A stretch of DNA of 64,000 nucleotides from the IMG/VR virus record IMGVR_UViG_3300028172_000069. One strand, written 5' to 3'. The notes below the pieces were generated by a model. The model saw only the letters and a list, made by a program, of their open reading frames with translations. It had not been told where the DNA came from and did not search any database. The number at the start of each line of letters is the position of its first letter. Position 1 is the first letter of the stretch. A program made the position numbers and the translations under genes. The DNA is from a virus (Duplodnaviria > Caudoviricetes). Of the stretch, positions 38,801 to 47,346 are shown one piece after another.

Positions 38801-40406
38801 CGGTGTTTTCGTTGATTGCCGCCGAGCCGAGGATCACTGCGCTACGTGGGTAGACAGTGGTGTCCTTGACCAGAATCTGACGGCTGCCGTTGACGGTACG
38901 ACCTTCCAGGGTGTACGAAGCGGACAGCGTGGTAGCCTTGTCCTCGAACAGGTTGTTCGGTGCCTCGAAGACGCCGCTGGACGGGTTGATGGTGCCAGCT
39001 TCTTCGTCGCTCGAACGCCAGTCGGTGACTGCAACGTCCTTCTGGGTGCCGTTGGTGAACGTCACGCGCAGAGTGAAGTTGGTCGAGGTACCTTCGTCTA
39101 CTTCTGCAGGACCAACGATCACAGCCGACGAAGGGTAGATGGTGGTGTCGATGCAGCGCACGGTCAGGTTCGCGTCCTTGGTCACGCCGTTGAAAGCGTA
39201 GGTCGCAGCGATGGTCGTGGTCTGATCGGTAGTCAGCTCGCCAACTTCAAGCACACCAGTCTTGCTGTTGAACGTGCCAGCGCCAGGGTTGGACGAGGTG
39301 AAGGTGGTTGGAGTAACACCGGCGCTGGTGCCGTCGTCGAAGTGCGCGATGACCGAGTAGGTCGCAATCGAGTTCTCTTCCAGCTCGTTGACACCCACCA
39401 GTTCGATGCTGGTGAGCACCAGTTTGATGGTCTTGTCGACGATGGTGATATCCACGTACTTCACGCGCAGCTGGCCACTTTCAGGATGAGTCCAGCGCAC
39501 CTCGATGCGCAGCACTTGGTCCTCGTCAATGTCCAGCGACTGGAAGATACCAGTCTGGTTGCTGATGGAGCCGTACGCACCGTTACCGATGACAGCCCAC
39601 GAACCTTGCACGTTGTTCAGCACGCTACCGTCGCTGAACTTCGCATTCGCCTTGAAGGTGAACGGTACGGTCTCGTCCAGCGTGTTGCCTTCTGGGCCAA
39701 CGATTTCCAGTTCGTCGAAGGTTGGACCGTCGTAAACGAGGTCAGCCTTGACTGGGCGACGCCACTCACCGATCCACTCACCGTCTTTAGCACCTGGGCC
39801 AGTGATGGTCAGCACTTCGCCTGGCTTCGGCGTGTTGCTGGTACCAACTTTGGCGAGCCAGGAGTTGACGCCCGTTGCGCCGCGAATCATGGTGATCGGC
39901 AGCTTCGGGTGAGTGTGTGGAAGGGGATCACGCGCATCGCTCATACGCGGATCGTTACCGCCGACAACCACAGGGCTGTCTTGATCGGGCGTATATTCAC
40001 GGTTCAGGATTACGAGGCCACGAACGTCGAGAGTCGCAGCACCTACCTGCGGAACGTCTACTTCACCGAGGTTGAAGCCGCTACTGAAATCCCAATATTG
40101 CTGCTCTGCGATCAGGTCCTCGAAGGTGTCGAGTTCCTGCCAGGTGTTACGGAAGCCCACGGAAGGCAGCGCCGAAGTACGACGCAGGACCTTACCATAG
40201 GAAGCGCTGTCTGGATCAACGACGATCCAGCTGACGTTGAACGGCAGGGTGACGTTGTTGGGTTCCATGAAGGCAACCACAACAATCATGTTCTCACCAT
40301 TGCCGAGCGGCAACTGCACGGGGATTGGGTTCTCCCGTGCAAGGTTGCGGTAGTCAGCGAGCGCCACGGTCTGAGCTACAAACTCAGCGAGTGTTGGCGT
40401 TGGCAT
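35832..40406 (-). CDS. Large tail protein with about 12 Ig-like repeats
   Basis: 1524 aa; repeats of T.YP.SA.I.G...(V/L).E......L.VTF.DGT; shared N-terminal domain; C-terminal GGFGG/GGWDG-type domain. Confidence 0.8.
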   Translation of the reverse strand: MPTPTLAEFVAQTVALADYRNLARENPIPVQLPLGNGENMIVVVAFMEPNNVTLPFNVSWIVVDPDSASYGKVLRRTSALPSVGFRNTWQELDTFEDLIAEQQYWDFSSGFNLGEVDVPQVGAATLDVRGLVILNREYTPDQDSPVVVGGNDPRMSDARDPLPHTHPKLPITMIRGATGVNSWLAKVGTSNTPKPGEVLTITGPGAKDGEWIGEWRRPVKADLVYDGPTFDELEIVGPEGNTLDETVPFTFKANAKFSDGSVLNNVQGSWAVIGNGAYGSISNQTGIFQSLDIDEDQVLRIEVRWTHPESGQLRVKYVDITIVDKTIKLVLTSIELVGVNELEENSIATYSVIAHFDDGTSAGVTPTTFTSSNPGAGTFNSKTGVLEVGELTTDQTTTIAATYAFNGVTKDANLTVRCIDTTIYPSSAVIVGPAEVDEGTSTNFTLRVTFTNGTQKDVAVTDWRSSDEEAGTINPSSGVFEAPNNLFEDKATTLSASYTLEGRTVNGSRQILVKDTTVYPRSAVILGSAAINENTVTQYQFRVSFSNGTTNVVTVSNWALSNPAMGTINKNTGQLVAATDVQQDTKGKVSASYSAFGQTVTAELEVTIKDITNYPVSARVVGNAQMNENTTQTLTFEVTYLDGTKVNEPVTNWTSTNSGAATIGAANGLVTAAVNLQANGTTTVAASWSKYGRTVTADMLLTVRDITNYPVSAVINGQATINEGSTADYTLAVTFADGTTSNRSGNWAITGGNGASVNTSGRVTAPANVDVNTPASLTASYTLDGKTVTASAKTITIMDTTVYPSSARILGPNSLPENTSQTYQLEVTFTDATKAIVPVTNWKSSVISTATIGANTGVLNGLDTTGNKVTKITASYTAAGKTVGAELDVTVTDSTNYPVSAVVEGPDFLDEGDTGNYVLRVTFTDGTSSLVGVIDWASSKTSVGVINPTTGALATNANLKADDSTKVSASYTASGITVSAEKNVTVRDKTVYPVSASITGGAVVDSLKTEQYELRVTFEDQTTVVMPATEWLSSNTSTAGTIDANGLFTAKENKSGTNINTILTGKYTLDGVTVTATKTIAVHDVTNYPASIAITGPNSVNSSAANGAGSAQYLAKVTYLDGTSADVVGTWAVEGTTPSDPIGSINASGVFTPNQKPGGTTRNITVKVAYTEFGRTVNGTKSVSLVVVPVPSSLAINGPATVNSDSSGTYSAKVTMTDGSVSDVLATWSTTASSTVATLATDGTLAVKHLSADTAIPLHATYTAAGITVAADKTVTGKKAVELASITVSGPTQLASGATGKYVVTANFTDSTTQDVTSTATYSTSVASAGSFSQSTKGDFNAANVSSDTATVLTFNYTAAGVSKQATANLTVKAAVVSGNNRPRFGVAMFSDTDFTGGKTGTNETYNIPYTRWSGIQDFGDKVMTNVLPLGTSGETFNINIGDAQYGYFMHLKSLGRATFTDQAINVPGGFGGIQWTPEGEVGDNYDPIEVTYDCHDGNGPQQWLVYRTDWDSLGAVTFKVTYA

Positions 40407-40419
40407 AGATGATCTCCGA

Positions 40420-41064
40420 TCAGTTCTGGATGTCCGAAGTGGTCAGCTTGCGCCACCGGGCAGTAGTCGCGCTATCTGCAACCAAGGCGGCGCCCGGAAC
40501 TGGCTGTTCACTACCCGAGACAGTCACGACGCCATTGGCAGTCTTGATCTGGGTAGCTGGCACTTCTTCGTGGGTGTGCGCTTTCGGCGTACGGGCATCG
40601 GAGAGACGCGGGTCACCTTCAGCCACGGCCACAGGGTTGCTCGATACCTGTGGAGCATACGACAGGCGAGCGACGCCCATGATCGAAGTGCTGGCGGCAG
40701 GCACCGGGTTCTGCGTGGTCAGCAGCGCGGTATCGGCGTCATCGTAGAACTGGGTGACGAACACCTCGTCGTAGGTCTCGATGATTTCCCAGGTATGATC
40801 CCGGCCGGTGACCGTGTCAGCTTCCTTGGAGACGCGACGCAGAGCCTTGCGGTAGTTCAGGCTCAGCGGGTCGAAGTCGATCCAAGTCACGTTCAGAGGC
40901 AGCACGAGGGTGCTTGGCTCTTTCTGCGCGCACGCGATCACGGTCACGGTACGGTTGGTTGGATGCGAGAGGCGCACAACGATTGGGTTGAGTGCGTCCA
41001 GGTTCTGGAGATTGGCGGCACTCTGCAGGTCGTCAATCAGAGTTTCCAGGCGTTTTTCAGACAT
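40420..41064 (-). CDS. Tail protein, paralog of the N-terminus of 35832-40406
   Basis: LPLNVTWIDFDP...KALRR; DPRLSDARTP..HTH..PAT motif shared with the downstream gene. Confidence 0.7.
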   Translation of the reverse strand: MSEKRLETLIDDLQSAANLQNLDALNPIVVRLSHPTNRTVTVIACAQKEPSTLVLPLNVTWIDFDPLSLNYRKALRRVSKEADTVTGRDHTWEIIETYDEVFVTQFYDDADTALLTTQNPVPAASTSIMGVARLSYAPQVSSNPVAVAEGDPRLSDARTPKAHTHEEVPATQIKTANGVVTVSGSEQPVPGAALVADSATTARWRKLTTSDIQN

Positions 41065-41075
41065 TGCAATGCCCC

Positions 41076-42719
41076 TTAGTTTTCGTCGAAGTACGTGCCA
41101 GTCGGCATGATGTGCGAGGTGAGGTGGACGCGCTTGGCTGGGATCACTGGATCGAGGTACACGTCCAGCATCAGGTCACCATTGGCAATGTCGGCTGCAA
41201 CGTTGTTGCGGCTGTCACACACGGCCTCGAAATCATACAGACCCCGACCTTGTTTGATCGGACGCAGGAAGTCGCCACAGATGTTCACCAGCGACAAGCG
41301 AGTGTAGCTGTCGTTGGGGTTGAAGTTCTCAACGGTGCACGCCGAAGCAATCGACTTCTTGACGTAGTTGACCAGACGGCGGACGTTGATGTTGGAGAAC
41401 GCAGACGCGAACGCTTGCAGAGTCTCCTGGCCCATGATGACGTAGCCACGACCCGGGATGTTGCGAATCGGGTTGATGTGGGCAGCATCGAGAGCGTCAC
41501 GCGCACCTTGGTTGTACTTGGTACGGATGCCGGTGATCTTGATGGTGCCGCGTGCCAGACCAGCAGGGGCGAACCACACCGCACGTTGGTGATCGGTGTA
41601 GGCCATCGCAGCGCACACATGACCAGACGGCGGAATGAAGATGTACTTGTCGTTGTACGTGTCGCGGATTTGCACGAACGGCGCGTACAGGGCTGCGTAG
41701 CTGCTGTCCACGTTGAGCGTGTTCACGGAGTAGTTCACGGCACGTGCCGCTTCGTATTCCTTGTCCGGCACGTCGAGCACCGCCAAGCAGTCAGCACGGT
41801 TCTCGGAAATGCTGACCATCTTGCGCTGGATCGCTGGAATGGTGTAGCCAGCGTTGCACAGGATGTTGACGTCCACGATTTCCGCGTCGGCGAACTCTTC
41901 CCAGGCCGCGATGATCTGCGCGTCAGTTGGGCGAGTACCGTCGCTACCGCCTTTGATGAACTCGAACGCTTCCTTCTTGATCTTCACAGGACCGCAGAAG
42001 GAGTTGTGCTTGACACGGATGTACTTCGAGGACAGGTTGATCGCATCCTCGATGAACATCTGGTTGCCGTTGCCGTCCAGCTCGTATTTCCGGGAGACGT
42101 AGAAGCTCTCCACAGGACGGCTGTTGGCGTTCTTGTAGTTCAGGTAGACGTCCACGTAGAACTTGTACGGATCGTAGTGGCGCTCGTCGCTGATGTCCAC
42201 ACCTGCTGGGCATGCCGGACGAATCTTGATGCTCAGTTGGTCGTTCCACTCGCCTGGGTTGGACGCAACGAAGTATGCAAGGATGCGCTCAACGCCAGCC
42301 TGGTCGGCGGTGAAACCGAGATTGTTCAGGGGATCGTACACGCCCAGAGGAGTGTTGCCACCATCGTCGAACACGGTGACGCGAATCTCAGGGATGTTCT
42401 GAGCCGGGTCATCCACCGTGAAGTATGCACCGGCGGTGAGAGCGTCTTTATTGACGACCCGCAGGAACTTCAGGCGTTTGGTTTGACCCAGGGCTTGGGC
42501 GGCACAGTACAGCGCGAAGCCGTACTTCTGGGCATTGGGTTGCCCAAAGTTGGAACGCAGGTCTTCGTTGTCAAACACATCGGTGATAACACCGACAGGC
42601 CCGATGGACGCTTCACCTACGACGCCGACGATCGAAGTCGCTGCGGCGGTTGCACGGGTGGACATATCCGTTTCGATCGGATACACACCAGCGCTTGGAT
42701 GCACTGCTTTACTGACCAT
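41076..42719 (-). CDS. Contractile tail sheath protein
   Basis: GVYPIETDMS...GVVGEASIGP; PPSGHVCA; VWFAPAG.ARG; INPIR..PGRG.VIMGQET; INVRRL. Confidence 0.95.
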   Translation of the reverse strand: MVSKAVHPSAGVYPIETDMSTRATAAATSIVGVVGEASIGPVGVITDVFDNEDLRSNFGQPNAQKYGFALYCAAQALGQTKRLKFLRVVNKDALTAGAYFTVDDPAQNIPEIRVTVFDDGGNTPLGVYDPLNNLGFTADQAGVERILAYFVASNPGEWNDQLSIKIRPACPAGVDISDERHYDPYKFYVDVYLNYKNANSRPVESFYVSRKYELDGNGNQMFIEDAINLSSKYIRVKHNSFCGPVKIKKEAFEFIKGGSDGTRPTDAQIIAAWEEFADAEIVDVNILCNAGYTIPAIQRKMVSISENRADCLAVLDVPDKEYEAARAVNYSVNTLNVDSSYAALYAPFVQIRDTYNDKYIFIPPSGHVCAAMAYTDHQRAVWFAPAGLARGTIKITGIRTKYNQGARDALDAAHINPIRNIPGRGYVIMGQETLQAFASAFSNINVRRLVNYVKKSIASACTVENFNPNDSYTRLSLVNICGDFLRPIKQGRGLYDFEAVCDSRNNVAADIANGDLMLDVYLDPVIPAKRVHLTSHIMPTGTYFDEN

Positions 42720-42727
42720 GTTAGGTC

Positions 42728-42845
42728 TCCGTCAACAGTTTCTGAATATAGTTGGTATGGAAACACAGGACAACCGTCTATGGTACTTGGCCACGTGACT
42801 GACATTGTACGCTGTAAATTAGCACACCGTATTCAGGTTGACGGA
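42728..42845 (-). promoter_or_regulatory. Long rod-like 5' leader hairpin that pairs the sheath RBS and contains a candidate late promoter
   Basis: Nested inverted repeats on the minus strand: UCCGUCAAC/GUUGACGGA, CUGAAUA/UAUUCAG, GGUGUG/CAUACC, UACAG/CUGUG, ACAAUGUC/GAC(G)GUUGU; TAATTTA at 42815-42821. Confidence 0.7.
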
Positions 42846-42849
42846 AACG

Positions 42850-42871
42850 AAAAACGGGGCACTAGGCCCCG
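42850..42871 (-). terminator. Rho-independent terminator ending the replication operon
   Basis: CGGGGC-CTAGT-GCCCCG-TTTTT; the loop contains the stop codon of the J-domain gene. Confidence 0.85.
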
Positions 42872-43611
42872 AGTTTTTGCTTCAAGCGAACGATATAGTC
42901 GTCCACGAATGTTTTGAATGCCACCTTGGCATCGTATTGGCGCTTCTGGACATGGAACTGGAGAACCGTGTAGAGCTTGTGCATGGCAGTTGCCTGCATG
43001 TCCAGCGTCAGGTTACGGTGCTTCTCCTCAACAACATGGCGCATATCCTTGGAGAGTTTCTCCTCTTCACCCCGAACGTACAGCGCACGGATGTAGGCGG
43101 TCTCCAGATCGTATGGGTCCTTCCGAGCGTAGGCATCCTGGGCCATGTTTAGGATTTCGCGCAGCTTGGCAGTCTCCGTGTAGGAGAATCGCTTGCACTT
43201 ATCTGGATGGCACATCTGGCATAGGCGTCGGTAAGTCGCACGGATGTTCTCCGTCTTAAACTTCTCCAGACGCTCCTGCCGATTCTTCTCTATCCGTGCC
43301 TGCATGGCCTCATCAATCTCGGCCTGTGCCAGTTCCTGCGCTTCCAGCTCTTTACGCAAGGCATCGGCGTCTTCACGGAGTTCGTGGCTCAGGTCGATCA
43401 CACCACTTACTGGAACCACTGCACCGCCGATCGTACCGTGCTTAGGTGCGGACTGTTCGTCCACCATCTGCGCAGTGATGGCTCGGTTCAGGTCGTCGAT
43501 GACTGCTGCTTCGACTGGGTAGTGTGGAAGGTAAATGGCATACACCCTTTCCATTCCACGTTGGGCAGAGTTGATCTGCTCAACCATTTCGTCGATTTCG
43601 TCTAGTAACAT
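42862..43611 (-). CDS. J-domain (DnaJ-like) co-chaperone
   Basis: IRATYRRLCQMCHPDKC: helix II plus HPD motif; coiled-coil flanks. Confidence 0.8.
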   Translation of the reverse strand: MLLDEIDEMVEQINSAQRGMERVYAIYLPHYPVEAAVIDDLNRAITAQMVDEQSAPKHGTIGGAVVPVSGVIDLSHELREDADALRKELEAQELAQAEIDEAMQARIEKNRQERLEKFKTENIRATYRRLCQMCHPDKCKRFSYTETAKLREILNMAQDAYARKDPYDLETAYIRALYVRGEEEKLSKDMRHVVEEKHRNLTLDMQATAMHKLYTVLQFHVQKRQYDAKVAFKTFVDDYIVRLKQKLGA

Positions 43612-44391
43612 TTAAATGTCCAAGATCGAGGCCTTCTGCTCAGCACTGAGGTAGAAGGCGTATTTGAGAGGTAAGCGCACGCGCTCGGCGAAAAAGGTGA
43701 CTGGGTCGATGCCGTTTACCACGACGATCTTCGGGATGTTGTTGAACTTCTCCAGCAAGTCCCGCAGCTTCTCCAGTTTGGTACGGCTGCTGTCAACACC
43801 AACGTTGGTGATGACCAGCATACTCATGTTCTCGGGTTCGCGTGCATCGCGCAGTGAATCCCACTGGTTGCCCATGAGCGGGTGCCAGAGTGGATATGCA
43901 CGACCACGGTGAACACCCTTCATCTGCGCGTCAATCGCACGGTTCATGAAGTTGGCTGCAAGCACCTTGGCGCGCACGTCGCTCGGGTAACTGCCAATTG
44001 CCATCGTGTAGTTGCCGTGCAGAGGATTGTCCAGCACCTTCTGGATGCCGTTGATCTGCTTCTTCACGCTGATGGATCGCAGAACGAAACCTTCAGGTAA
44101 CCACGTGATCGAACTCGGTGCCAACTCGATCTGGTTATTCTTCACCAGGTTCTCGATGTTGCGCACGACTGGCTTGATCCTTATCAGCGCTTCCTCAACT
44201 TGGAACGGAGAGCGAGCGAGGCTAAACGCATGACCATCGACGCCGCGCGACTTCAAGAGGTTCTGACGTTGCGTGTCGAACTTGAAGTCCATCCTGATAT
44301 CGGATTCGGACGTTGGTGTAGCTCGCTTGGAGGGCGGCAGCTCTGCTTGCAGATCGCTGTCCAAGTTCTTTAAGAAATCTTTTCTGGACAT
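43612..44391 (-). CDS. DnaC/IstB-like AAA+ fold protein with degenerate Walker motifs
   Basis: Strand/helix order MAIGS..(no GKT)...MLVITNVG...KLRDLL...PKIVVVN resembles DnaC; GAGG RBS. Confidence 0.45.
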   Translation of the reverse strand: MSRKDFLKNLDSDLQAELPPSKRATPTSESDIRMDFKFDTQRQNLLKSRGVDGHAFSLARSPFQVEEALIRIKPVVRNIENLVKNNQIELAPSSITWLPEGFVLRSISVKKQINGIQKVLDNPLHGNYTMAIGSYPSDVRAKVLAANFMNRAIDAQMKGVHRGRAYPLWHPLMGNQWDSLRDAREPENMSMLVITNVGVDSSRTKLEKLRDLLEKFNNIPKIVVVNGIDPVTFFAERVRLPLKYAFYLSAEQKASILDI

Positions 44392-44905
44392 AGTCCTCGG
44401 ACCTTATGACGTGTAGTTCGTGTGCGTCCAACAACGCATCCAATTTGGCGTCGTTTATGTTAGCAGGACGCACAGGGCAGTAGACTATCTCAGGTCTGTT
44501 TACAGTACGCTCAAATTCGGACAACGTCATTACGGTCAGTGCGTGTCCGTTGAGATAGGTGGCGAGTGCCTTCCGACCACTAGGTGTTTCGCAAATGAAC
44601 ACGCAATCACGCGCTCGGCTAAGTGCATCCCGCACCATGTATTGCCAAACGCGCGTGTGCGATGCCCACTCTTGCATGAAGCCACTGAGGACAGAAAGTT
44701 CAGCACGAAGATCGAACTTGGCGGGCAAACCACCTAGGGCCATGAACCCGCCGTAGCGATACTCGAAGAACTCACGACCCGAAAGGTCTTCCTCCAAACT
44801 TGGAACGGACGGCTTTGGTGTCTTCCATGAAGGCTTGCTCACCTCCGCCACCGTGCCCACTCCTTCGACTATTGTGTTTGTCCATAAGTATGATGGCGCG
44901 CTCAT
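44222..44905 (-). CDS. Hypothetical protein (both boundaries uncertain; long overlaps with neighbours)
   Basis: Only long minus-strand frame covering 44392-44771; may start at the ATG of MALGG. Confidence 0.4.
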   Translation of the reverse strand: MSAPSYLWTNTIVEGVGTVAEVSKPSWKTPKPSVPSLEEDLSGREFFEYRYGGFMALGGLPAKFDLRAELSVLSGFMQEWASHTRVWQYMVRDALSRARDCVFICETPSGRKALATYLNGHALTVMTLSEFERTVNRPEIVYCPVRPANINDAKLDALLDAHELHVIRSEDYVQKRFLKELGQRSASRAAALQASYTNVRIRYQDGLQVRHATSEPLEVARRRWSCV

Positions 44906-46373
44906 GGGCTACTTCCGTAGGCTTGTGTTTGAATTCCATGCACTGCTTGTAGGTTGACACAAAGCAACCAAGCGGCATTCCAATGTGCTCGTCCACAAAG
45001 AGTCGAATACCTGGTGGACGCTTGCCTTCAAACGGAGTCAGGATACGCGAACTCTCCTGCTTCCAGTTGGGCTTGTTGTTGATTGGCATGACGCAGTAGA
45101 TCATCGACCAACGAGGCACGTTCAGACCGCGCTGCATCAGAGAGCGGATGCCGATTACCACACGCACCTTACCAGACTTCGCATCGTCCAGTACGGCTTT
45201 GCGTCGAGTAATGTCTGCCTTGTTCTTCGCACCACCAGTGAACCCGTCAGCCACTTTCTTGCCGTACTGGTCGTTAATCATCTTGACCAAGTCCCAGACG
45301 TGCTCTTTGCGATACACTGGGATCAGCAGGTTGTGGCCTTTCTCCAAGTCCTTGAGCACCCAGTCAACGATGAACTGGTTGCGCTTCTTGTGGTTTGTCA
45401 GGAACGACACGCAACGGGTGAAGCCTGCACGACCCTTGTAGGCAGCTTTGGTCTTCACGAAGTCCATTGGGTGGACAAACACTTGAGCCTGCAACTGGTC
45501 ACGTTCAATCAGTGCAGTCACAGGCCCGACGATCTGCTCCACGATCTTGTACTTGCCGTCCTTGCGATCATCGGTACCGGTTGCACCAATGCGGATGCGC
45601 TGACGGAGCTCGTTCAAGGTCTTGGAATATTCACTCGCACCGGAGCTGTGCACCTCGTCAATGAACACCAGACCAAAGTTCTTGTTCAGGAGCTTGAGCA
45701 GCTTCTTGCCCTTGTCGCTCAGGAACGTCTGGTAGGTGCAGACGATAATCTCGAAGTCCTCGAAGTCCTGCGGCTTCTTGCCAAAGCCGTAGAGTTTCTT
45801 CTTGTACTTCTCCTGCAGATCAGGCAGGTTGGTGAACTCGGTGATGTGGTCGACGAACTGCTCCAGAAACTCTTTCTGGTCAGCAATCACGGCAATACGA
45901 TACTTGTACTGCGTGATGCCAGTGTACAGCATGGTCGGCGTCTTACCAGAACGCGGTGGTGCCTTGAGAACACCGTATCCGTGCTTCTTCAAGAGCTTGA
46001 TCGCAGGCTCCTGATAGTCGTACGGTTTGAAGCCGACCATCTTGACGTTATAACGACGTTTAGCCCGGGTCCGTAGGTCACGAACGCCGAGCTCCTTCAA
46101 ATCTAGGCCAAAGACCTTTGCGATGTTCTTGCGATCACCCAACGGGAAGCCGAAGTACTCGGTGTCACCTTTGATTTCACGGTTGACCGTTACCGATTTG
46201 CCCTTGTAGGCTTCGCACTTGTTGCAGATGTAGTTGTGGCGCTCAGGACGATTTTCACAGCGTCGGCAAGCGGATTCCTCGTAGAACCGATGGATGTAGC
46301 GCTTCTTTACTTCACGCTCGTCCACCAAATGCGATGGCACGAACATCCGTTCGCGGACAATGATTTCGCCCAT
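44772..46373 (-). CDS. Superfamily II DNA helicase (UvsW-like)
   Basis: Motif I APPRSGKT, II DEVH, III ATGT, V GLNVP, VI QESSRI. Confidence 0.9.
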   Translation of the reverse strand: MGEIIVRERMFVPSHLVDEREVKKRYIHRFYEESACRRCENRPERHNYICNKCEAYKGKSVTVNREIKGDTEYFGFPLGDRKNIAKVFGLDLKELGVRDLRTRAKRRYNVKMVGFKPYDYQEPAIKLLKKHGYGVLKAPPRSGKTPTMLYTGITQYKYRIAVIADQKEFLEQFVDHITEFTNLPDLQEKYKKKLYGFGKKPQDFEDFEIIVCTYQTFLSDKGKKLLKLLNKNFGLVFIDEVHSSGASEYSKTLNELRQRIRIGATGTDDRKDGKYKIVEQIVGPVTALIERDQLQAQVFVHPMDFVKTKAAYKGRAGFTRCVSFLTNHKKRNQFIVDWVLKDLEKGHNLLIPVYRKEHVWDLVKMINDQYGKKVADGFTGGAKNKADITRRKAVLDDAKSGKVRVVIGIRSLMQRGLNVPRWSMIYCVMPINNKPNWKQESSRILTPFEGKRPPGIRLFVDEHIGMPLGCFVSTYKQCMEFKHKPTEVAHERAIILMDKHNSRRSGHGGGGEQAFMEDTKAVRSKFGGRPFGS

Positions 46374-46909
46374 TACAGACTCTCTGGTTTGCCCAGCAGC
46401 TTGATCGCCTCGATAACATCACGGAAGCGGTAGCTCGCCTTGTCAATATCCTCAACGAGGTACTCGGCGTGCTTTTTCAACTGCTCGACCTTGTGAATGT
46501 AACGGAAGAACGGACGCAGTACGTTCTCCATGAATTGGCGCCTCTCCTCTTTGGAGCTGCGGCCTGTGGTGATTCTCCCACCGTACTCCAACATCAGGTA
46601 GTCACGCAAATTATTCAGCGTGTCCTGGAAGTCACCGGTGATTGCCAAGCAGGACATGAGAATCTCTGCGCAACGGCTACGACAACTGGTGTCGTGGGTC
46701 ATTGCGTCGATCACGTCTTTGGTGAAGCGCTTACTCTTCCGATTCAGGCTGCGCGTCAGGCGCATCTTGTGCATCGAGTTGAGTTCGTCGTGCAGGTCAT
46801 CGAAGGCCAGTTTCAGATTTGGGTTCTTCTCGACGGCTGCACGGAAGCGCTTGTACTTCTCGTCACGCTTTACAAGTTTCCGAACGTGCTCCAGATCAAC
46901 CTTATTCAT
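46373..46909 (-). CDS. Helical hypothetical protein (possible recombination mediator)
   Basis: Start reassigned to ATG 46909 (TAATG coupling, GGGAGG RBS); adjacent to the helicase. Confidence 0.55.
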   Translation of the reverse strand: MNKVDLEHVRKLVKRDEKYKRFRAAVEKNPNLKLAFDDLHDELNSMHKMRLTRSLNRKSKRFTKDVIDAMTHDTSCRSRCAEILMSCLAITGDFQDTLNNLRDYLMLEYGGRITTGRSSKEERRQFMENVLRPFFRYIHKVEQLKKHAEYLVEDIDKASYRFRDVIEAIKLLGKPESL

Positions 46910-47346
46910 TAACCCTCCCGCACCAGATAGGCTGAATCTTCTTGCCCTGCGATCAGCGTCAGCAAGCATCCACTGCTTGACTTGAAGAACAGGAGTTTGG
47001 TTTTGTCGTTGCTGATGGTCAAGGTCTCAAAGTCATACTTCTCCCTGACGTTGCAACGGACGATCATGCGGTTGTCCACAATCTCCAGCTTGGACTCGTC
47101 GACCACAAATAGGTGCCCGTATACGGTACCGCGTCGGTTGACGAAGTTGTACATGGTGCAGAACCGATTGAGCACCACGGGATTCTTGTGGTCGATCAGA
47201 AGTAAGGTCTGCACCACTGGGCGAAAGAACACGGCGGCGTGGTAGCCATCGTGCGCAGTGCCCAGCTTGACAAACTCGTTGATGCTTTTGCTGGTGATTT
47301 CGACTTCATCCGCAAGACTGAAAATCAGGCTCACGTCATTCGTCAT
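46909..47346 (-). CDS. Hypothetical protein
   Basis: ATG overlapping the end of the clamp gene; fills the operon. Confidence 0.5.
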   Translation of the reverse strand: MTNDVSLIFSLADEVEITSKSINEFVKLGTAHDGYHAAVFFRPVVQTLLLIDHKNPVVLNRFCTMYNFVNRRGTVYGHLFVVDESKLEIVDNRMIVRCNVREKYDFETLTISNDKTKLLFFKSSSGCLLTLIAGQEDSAYLVREG

